From NCBI GenBank assembly GCA_031431875.1, contig JANPEF010000060.1:1-22339 (forward strand): a stretch of DNA of 22,339 nucleotides, written 5' to 3'. Below are positions 17,150 through 22,339 of this stretch, one piece after another. The notes under the pieces were generated by a model. That model saw only the letters and a list, made by a program, of their open reading frames with translations, made no database searches and had not been told where the DNA came from. Position numbers and translations under genes: made by a program. This DNA comes from Candidatus Eiseniibacteriota bacterium (GTDB lineage Bacteria; Eisenbacteria; RBG-16-71-46; DASYSL01). Position 1 is the stretch's first letter, and the number at the start of each line of letters is the position of its first letter.

Positions 17150-17845
17150 TCAGGCTCCGCGCTTGCCACTCCCCGCGCCACCGCCACCGCGCGGCGCGCC
17201 CGCCGCCCCGCGCATCTTTCCGCCTCGCATCTCGTCCATCGTCTTCTGCTGTGTGTCAGTCAAGAGGCCGCGCATTGCGAGGCGGGTTGCGACGCGCGAC
17301 TTCGCGGCGTCGGCGCGCAGTTTCGCCATGCGGTCGATCGTGGCGTCGATCTGCGCCTGGCTGGGCATGTCGGCGCGCATCAGCTTCTTCATGTCGAGCC
17401 GCGCCTCGGCGAGGCCGCTCTTGATGCCGATCATCTTCCGATCCTGCGCGTCGCGCAGGTCGGCCATCTGGTCCCTCTGCTTGTCAGTCAGGTTCAGCTT
17501 CTCCATCATCTCCGCGCGTCGGCCGCCCATGCGGCCGTGTATTCCGCCGCCGCCGCCGCCCATGTTGTCGTGCATCGGGGCCATGTCCGGGCCGGACGGA
17601 CCGTGCATCGCGAGGGGGCCGTCGCCGAACTCGTCGAAGTCACCGAACTCGTCACCTTCGATCTCGATCTCGAACTCACCGCCGTCAATCCACGGACCGC
17701 TGAAGCCCGGCTCCTCCGGCGCCTGCATCTGCGCCGTTGCGATCGGTGTGCCGGCGAACAGCACGAATGCGGCGAGGGCCGCGAACATCGCAAGGCCGGA
17801 GGCGACCCTGCGGCCGGAACGGTTCCACTCGAGGATGGTCTTCAT
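17150..17845 (-). CDS. Periplasmic Spy/CpxP/ZraP-like (LTXXQ) chaperone or metal sensor
   Basis: ATG after GGAGGA; signal peptide; Met/Gly/His-rich linker; LNLTDKQ and LLTDTQQ motifs around a helical hairpin. Confidence 0.85.
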   Translation of the reverse strand: MKTILEWNRSGRRVASGLAMFAALAAFVLFAGTPIATAQMQAPEEPGFSGPWIDGGEFEIEIEGDEFGDFDEFGDGPLAMHGPSGPDMAPMHDNMGGGGGGIHGRMGGRRAEMMEKLNLTDKQRDQMADLRDAQDRKMIGIKSGLAEARLDMKKLMRADMPSQAQIDATIDRMAKLRADAAKSRVATRLAMRGLLTDTQQKTMDEMRGGKMRGAAGAPRGGGGAGSGKRGA

Positions 17846-17898
17846 CGTGTTCCTCCACGCATCCGGCTCCGCAGCCGGACGGCTGGTCGGGCTGCGGG

Positions 17899-18360
17899 TC
17901 AGGGCGCGCCGGGCGCGCCGCGGTCATCGCGGTCGTCACGCCGATCGCCGGGGAAACGGTTTTCGAACTCCTTCAGCCGGGCGCGCTGCTCGGGCGTCAG
18001 CACGCGGTCGATCTGCACGCGCGTGCTCTCGCGCACCGCGGCGTAGCGCGGGCGGGCGGCGTCGAGGATGCCCTCGATGGTGGTGTGCTGCTCGTCGCTC
18101 AGGTCGAGGTGCTGCGTCACCAGGCGTTCCATCGGCGGGCGGCGCATCCCGCCGCGACCTGGGGCCCCGCGGTTGCCGCGCTCGCGCCGACCCCGGGGAG
18201 ATCCGGCTTCGAACTCGTGCCCGCCCCTGGCGGAGAAGTGCGGCGGGCCCTGCCGATGGTGCATGAACGCGACCGCGCCGAGCGCGCCCACGGTGCCGCC
18301 GGCCACGCCGAAGAGGAACGCAGCGACGAGGCCCAGGATCCACTTGCGCTGCTCGCTCAC
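17899..18360 (-). CDS. Membrane-anchored LTXXQ / heavy-metal-resistance-like protein
   Basis: GTG 18360 after GGAGG, overlapping the upstream stop (GTGA); TM WILGLVAAFLFGVAGGTVG; LDLSDEQ and VLTPEQ motifs. Confidence 0.8.
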   Translation of the reverse strand: MSEQRKWILGLVAAFLFGVAGGTVGALGAVAFMHHRQGPPHFSARGGHEFEAGSPRGRRERGNRGAPGRGGMRRPPMERLVTQHLDLSDEQHTTIEGILDAARPRYAAVRESTRVQIDRVLTPEQRARLKEFENRFPGDRRDDRDDRGAPGAP

Positions 18361-18821
18361 GATCGACCTCCGCTGTCGCCCGGGGCGGCGCTGTCGCCGG
18401 CCTCGTTCGACTCCACAGATCCGGCGGAGCCGGCGTCCGTTTCCGCGTCGCCCACCTCGAGCAACGACTCCATGAGACTCGCCGCATCCGAAGTGACGAG
18501 TTGTTCGCTCGTCGTCGTCGCGCTCGTTCCGCCCGACGACCCGGTGATCGACTCCACCATGCTCCACCCCGTGCCCAGCGCCACAACAAGCGTCGCGGTG
18601 GCCGCGGCCAGCGCGGCCGGGCGGGTGAGCCAGTCGAGGAACGCCTCGATGCGGGGACGCACCGGCGCCGGCGTGTCTGCCGCCGCGAGTCGCGCGCGCA
18701 CCCGCGCCCACACGGCCGGGTTCGGCTCGGCCTGCACGGAGGCGAGCAGCGCCGCGAGGCGACGATCGTCGTCGCTCATCGTCTCGCCGCCGCGCTCGTC
18801 GGGCTGCATCGCATCGTTCAC
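18357..18821 (-). CDS. Putative single-TM anti-sigma factor
   Basis: GTG after AAGGAG, coupled to the sigma stop; PNPAVWARVRARL followed by TM PAALAAATATLVVALGTGW; sits between an ECF sigma and LTXXQ genes. ATG 18779 is an alternative start. Confidence 0.7.
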   Translation of the reverse strand: MNDAMQPDERGGETMSDDDRRLAALLASVQAEPNPAVWARVRARLAAADTPAPVRPRIEAFLDWLTRPAALAAATATLVVALGTGWSMVESITGSSGGTSATTTSEQLVTSDAASLMESLLEVGDAETDAGSAGSVESNEAGDSAAPGDSGGRS

Positions 18822-19393
18822 GTTCGCTCCTTGTGGGCGGCTCCGCCCAGCATCTGTCGCAACGCCTGGCGCGCCCGGAACAACCGCGCCCTGATCACGT
18901 CCACCTTCACTCTGGCCGCCGCGGCCGCCTCCTCGTAGGAGAGCCCGAGGCGATCGCGCAGGAGAACCGCTTCTCGCTGTTCATCGGTCAGACGATCGAG
19001 GGCGGCCTCGAGTTGCGCGAGAAGTTTCTCGCGGTCGAGCGCCGCGTCCCACGAAGCCGTCGGGTTCACCGACAGGCCGCGCGTGGCCAGCGGGTCGAGG
19101 TCCTCGGGTCGCCCGCCGTCGAAGCGGCGCCGCCGCAGCTCGTCGCGGCACAGGTTCGCGGTGATCTGCAGCACCCAGCTCTTGAGGCTCGCCTCGCCGC
19201 GGAAGTTCGGCGCCGCGGCATGGATGCGCAGGAGCGCGTTCTCGACCGCGTCGTCGGCCTTGTCCGCGTCGCGCAGCAGGCCGCGCGCCAGCGTGGTCAT
19301 CGCCAGCCCGTGCGTGCGGAACACCTCGCCCAGGGCGTCGAGATCCTGGCGCCTGAGGCGTGCGATGAGTTCCGTCTCGGTCCGCGGGTCCAG
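18818..19393 (-). CDS. ECF RNA polymerase sigma factor (probable CTG start)
   Basis: ETELIARLRRQDLDALGEVFRTH, KADDAVENALL, FRGEASLKSWVLQITANLCRDELRR, LTDEQREAVLLRDRLGLSYEEAA, RARLFRARQAL. GAGGAGG at 19398-19404 precedes CTG; an in-frame TGA at 19403-19405 bounds the ORF. Confidence 0.9.
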   Translation of the reverse strand: MDPRTETELIARLRRQDLDALGEVFRTHGLAMTTLARGLLRDADKADDAVENALLRIHAAAPNFRGEASLKSWVLQITANLCRDELRRRRFDGGRPEDLDPLATRGLSVNPTASWDAALDREKLLAQLEAALDRLTDEQREAVLLRDRLGLSYEEAAAAARVKVDVIRARLFRARQALRQMLGGAAHKERT

Positions 19394-19418
19394 GGCGCCT
19401 CCTCAGGGTCGATGGCAG

Positions 19419-19443
19419 GACGAGTGAGTGCTCGCGAAGTTAC
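19419..19443 (-). promoter_or_regulatory. ECF-type promoter GTAAC-N16-CGTC (probably autoregulatory)
   Basis: -35 GTAAC at 19439-19443 and -10 CGTC at 19419-19422 match the general ECF AAC...CGT consensus, directly upstream of the sigma gene. Confidence 0.6.
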
Positions 19444-19551
19444 GGGGCCGACGGGCGTGCGTCCACGTTCGGCCGCGCGTTCCCGGCCGGCTGGGGTAGG
19501 ATCGCGCGCGAATCCCCGGTCCGGCCATGTCCCCAGCGAAAGGAGCGCCCC

Positions 19552-20706
19552 CTGCGCGTCGATCTCGCCCTGCGCCGGACCGCACTCGCCCTGGTCGCGC
19601 TCGTCGCCCTGCGGGTCGCGCTGCGGGCGGCACACCTGCAATGGGACTTCCGCGTCTATCACGCCGCGGCGCGGGCCGTGCTCGAAGGGCTCGACCCGTA
19701 CTCGCTTGACGCGCTGAGCGCGGTCGCCGGCCGACCGATTCTCCTGCCGTTTCTCTACCCGGCCGCGGGCCTCGTCTGCTTCCTGCCTTTCGCCGGCCTG
19801 TCGTTCGCGACGGCGGCCGTGCTCTGGGTCGGACTCAAGCTGCTGCTGCTCGGCGGGCTCGTCGAGCTGGTTCGCCGCACCTGGCTCCCGACCGTCGACC
19901 GCCTGTGGATCGCGCTCGTCGCGGTCTTCGGTGGTGCGGCCTCGGCGCTGGTCGACCTGCGCTCCGGAAACGTCGCGCTGCTCGAGACGGCGCTGTGGAT
20001 GGCGGGCCTGGCCGCATTCACGGGCGGACGGGCGCGCGTGGCGGCCGCTCTGTTTGTCGCCGCCGCCGCCTGGAAGGTGTGGCCCGCCGCGTTCCTGCTC
20101 CTGTTCCTGCTGCCGCTCGCGGGTCGACGCGCGCGTCCCGGGCTCGCCGTCGGGGGCCTTGTTCTCGTAGCGCTCCTCGTCGTGGCGCCGGGCGCGCTCG
20201 CTCCGTGGGGGGGCTTCGCGCCGCGGGTCGGTGTGCCGGGTGCAGCATTTCCGGTGGGGAACGCGAATCCCTCGCTGCTCGCCGCATTCGAAGAGTGGGC
20301 GCGCGCGTGGACTCCGTCGCCCCACTCGCCGGCGCCGGCGGCGTGGATCGCCTGGGCCCTGGCCGGCGTGATCACGGTCGCGTTGTTCCGCGGCGCGATC
20401 GCTCGCGCGCTTCGTTGCGGCGCGGCGGGCGAGTTGGCCCTGCTCGCCGGGGCGGGCATCGCCTTCCTCCACCCGCGACCCATGGCGTACGGTTGGGTGG
20501 GCGGAACGTTGTGCGCGTTCGCTCTCGCTGCACCGCGCCTCCGCGGCCCGATCGAGCCGGTGGGCCTGGGTGTGTTGCTGACCGCGCAGGGCCTGGCCGT
20601 CGCGGCGCTCCATCCGTGGACGGGCGGGGTGACGACGCTCGGGCCGCCGCTCGGGGTTCTCCTCGCCCTCGGGCTCGCGCGGTGGCGGGAACGCACACCG
20701 TCTTGA
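19552..20706 (+). CDS. GT87/DUF2029-like polytopic membrane glycosyltransferase (probable CTG start)
   Basis: Upstream extension of the 19678 ORF adds a TM helix and LQWDFRVYHAAARAVLEGLDPY; PFLYP, GNVALL, AAWKVWP, NPSL; many TM segments; AAGGAG at 19540-19545. Confidence 0.8.
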   Translation: MRVDLALRRTALALVALVALRVALRAAHLQWDFRVYHAAARAVLEGLDPYSLDALSAVAGRPILLPFLYPAAGLVCFLPFAGLSFATAAVLWVGLKLLLLGGLVELVRRTWLPTVDRLWIALVAVFGGAASALVDLRSGNVALLETALWMAGLAAFTGGRARVAAALFVAAAAWKVWPAAFLLLFLLPLAGRRARPGLAVGGLVLVALLVVAPGALAPWGGFAPRVGVPGAAFPVGNANPSLLAAFEEWARAWTPSPHSPAPAAWIAWALAGVITVALFRGAIARALRCGAAGELALLAGAGIAFLHPRPMAYGWVGGTLCAFALAAPRLRGPIEPVGLGVLLTAQGLAVAALHPWTGGVTTLGPPLGVLLALGLARWRERTPS

Positions 20707-20783
20707 CGGTCGGCGCCGTCCCACTTCACCTCTGCGCTCGTCTCTGGTGCGAGCGTCATCATCTCGAACCGGGAGGCCCCGCC

Positions 20784-21449
20784 GTGCAGCGACTCGTTGT
20801 CTCGTTCCTCGTCCTGATCGCAGGCGTCGCCGCGCCTGGCGCGCGCGCCCACGCCGCACCGGCCGGTGTCATCACCGGAGCCTCCTCGAGTGCGCCGGCC
20901 GCCGCCGACACGGCCCTGTTCGCCGGCGGCTGCTTCTGGTGCCTGGAGACCGCGTTCGAGGGTCGTCCCGGCATTCGTGCCGCGGTCTCGGGATACAGCG
21001 GCGGGCACAAATCGAATCCCAAGTACGAGGAAGTGGGAGCCCACACGACCGGTCATCTCGAGACGGTCGCCGTGGTCTTCGATGCGAAGAAGGTGACTTA
21101 CGCGCAGCTGCTCGACCTGTTCTGGCACTCGGTCGATCCGACGCAGGGCGACGGGCAGTTCTGCGACAAGGGCGATTCGTATCGCTCAGCGATCTTCTGG
21201 CGGAACGACGCCCAGCAGAAGGCGGCGCTCGCCTCGCGGCAGGCGATCGAGAAATCGGGCGCGCTCGGCGGTCGACCGATCAAGACCCTGATGGTGAAGG
21301 CTGGACCGTTCTGGCCCGCCGAGGAGTACCACCAGGACTTCTATCGCAAGGATCCGGATCGCTATCACTCGTACCGCGAGGGCTGCGGGCGGGATCGTCG
21401 CCTGAAGGCGCTGTGGGGCGACAAGGCGGTGAAGCCGAACGTGCACTGA
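20784..21449 (+). CDS. msrA: Peptide-methionine (S)-S-oxide reductase MsrA with N-terminal signal peptide
   Basis: GTG after GGAGG; FAGGCFWC, SGYSGG, P-x-YEEV, GHLE, DPT...GQFCDKG, EEYHQDFY, GCGRD. Confidence 0.95.
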   Translation: MQRLVVSFLVLIAGVAAPGARAHAAPAGVITGASSSAPAAADTALFAGGCFWCLETAFEGRPGIRAAVSGYSGGHKSNPKYEEVGAHTTGHLETVAVVFDAKKVTYAQLLDLFWHSVDPTQGDGQFCDKGDSYRSAIFWRNDAQQKAALASRQAIEKSGALGGRPIKTLMVKAGPFWPAEEYHQDFYRKDPDRYHSYREGCGRDRRLKALWGDKAVKPNVH

Positions 21450-21548
21450 GATTCCGTCGTGCAGATTGCACGACGGGGAGCTCGTCACGGGCCGGTCGCT
21501 AAAGCCTCGACGCTGGCGCGTCGATACATGGGCAGGAGGAGTACCGCC

Positions 21549-22208
21549 ATGCCCGTCCGCCCGTGCCGTTCCATGTCGCTCGCACTCGCCCTCATCGCCG
21601 CCGCGACTCTCGTCGCGCCGGCGAGAGCTGACGTGCCCGATCCGCGTTTCTGCTCGGCCGATGCGCGCATCATCGCCTCGCCCGACGGCGCCACGCCGTT
21701 TCGCGTCACCCTGCGCGATGCCGCGAACCAGCCGCTCGTCGGCATGGTCGCGATCCTCGACTTCACGGCGAGCCCGGGTGTCTCGCTGTGTGGCACGGCC
21801 GATCCCGACCATGACGGACGCCTGACCGCGATCACCGGCGTCGGCGGCGTGGCCGAGTTCGCCGTGCGCGCCGGAGGCTCGAGCCCGGCGCCGGTGCGCG
21901 TCGCCACGGCGATGTTCGACGTGGCCACCACGACCTTCACTTCGCTGGACCTGGATGCGGACTTCGATGTCGATGCCGACGATCGCGCCGCACTCGTCGC
22001 GCTGTTCGGCACGAGCGGACCGACCGGCGACTTCAACGGGGATGCCACGGTCGACGCGAGCGACCAGGCGCTGCTCGACGCAGGATTTGGCGCAGTCTGC
22101 GGCGCCGAGATTCCGCCCCCTCCGCCGCCGCCCCCGCCGCCCCCTCCGCCGCCACCGCCCGCCGAGCCGCAGTTCTCGTGGGGTGGCGTGAAGGCGATCT
22201 ACCGCTGA
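21549..22208 (+). CDS. Small secreted protein: Ig-like domain, dockerin/EF-hand-like Ca-binding pair, poly-Pro linker and C-terminal SWGGVKAIYR motif
   Basis: ATG after AGGAGG; signal peptide ending ARA; VTLRDAANQPL; DLDADFDVDADD and GDFNGDATVDASD; 16 consecutive Pro. Confidence 0.85.
   Translation: MPVRPCRSMSLALALIAAATLVAPARADVPDPRFCSADARIIASPDGATPFRVTLRDAANQPLVGMVAILDFTASPGVSLCGTADPDHDGRLTAITGVGGVAEFAVRAGGSSPAPVRVATAMFDVATTTFTSLDLDADFDVDADDRAALVALFGTSGPTGDFNGDATVDASDQALLDAGFGAVCGAEIPPPPPPPPPPPPPPPPAEPQFSWGGVKAIYR
22113..22160 (+). repeat. Low-complexity (CCN)16 poly-proline tract
   Basis: ccgccccctccgccgccgcccccgccgccccctccgccgccaccgccc. Confidence 0.9.
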
Positions 22209-22241
22209 TATGGCATGACCTCTTGTCAAGCTGGTCCACAC

Positions 22242-22275
22242 GCGACCACCGCTCCGGCGGTGGTCGCTGTGTTTT
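22242..22275 (+). terminator. Intrinsic terminator
   Basis: Perfect 11-bp stem GCGACCACCGC-tccg-GCGGTGGTCGC followed by TGTGTTTT. Confidence 0.75.
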
Positions 22276-22339
22276 GGGGAGATGAGCTTCTGGAAGGACG
22301 GACGCGGAAGTCGCCGACGGCGTGTCACTCTGATATCCG

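Noticed and set aside
14767..18894. Long plus-strand ORFs (885, 604, 491, 385 aa)
   Set aside because: They lie opposite well-supported sigma, anti-sigma and Spy-like genes and show low-complexity, shadow-ORF composition.
19905..20783. Apparent 514-aa MsrA fusion
   Set aside because: The upstream part is an alternative frame of the GT87-like gene; SD plus GTG at 20784 gives a normal exported MsrA.
1..22339. Type III-E CRISPR (Craspase) locus or CRISPR array
   Set aside because: No repeat-spacer array, Cas7-11 or other cas gene is visible; only the CHAT-plus-sigma logic is analogous.

Overview
High-GC bacterial genomic DNA. The C-terminal 'SWGGVKAIYR' tail and a T9SS/FlgD-like C-terminal domain suggest an FCB-related candidate lineage such as Eisenbacteria (inference only). 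The first ~17 kb holds three large signal-peptide-bearing TPR-CHAT (caspase-like) proteases, all with intact His/Cys dyads. They flank a beta-helix lipoprotein, a large multidomain secreted protein and an integrase-less IS3-like HTH gene that keeps a -1 frameshift signal. They converge on an ECF sigma factor and a membrane anti-sigma with two tandem zinc-binding motifs and an extracytoplasmic 'TRGG' motif. This looks like a CRISPR-independent, envelope-located CHAT protease / anti-sigma / sigma signalling system. The last ~5 kb holds a second ECF / anti-sigma / 2x Spy-CpxP-like operon, a GT87-like membrane glycosyltransferase, an exported MsrA and a small secreted dockerin-like, poly-Pro protein. 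The second ECF sigma and the glycosyltransferase both appear to start at CTG. No CRISPR array, tRNA or rRNA was seen.
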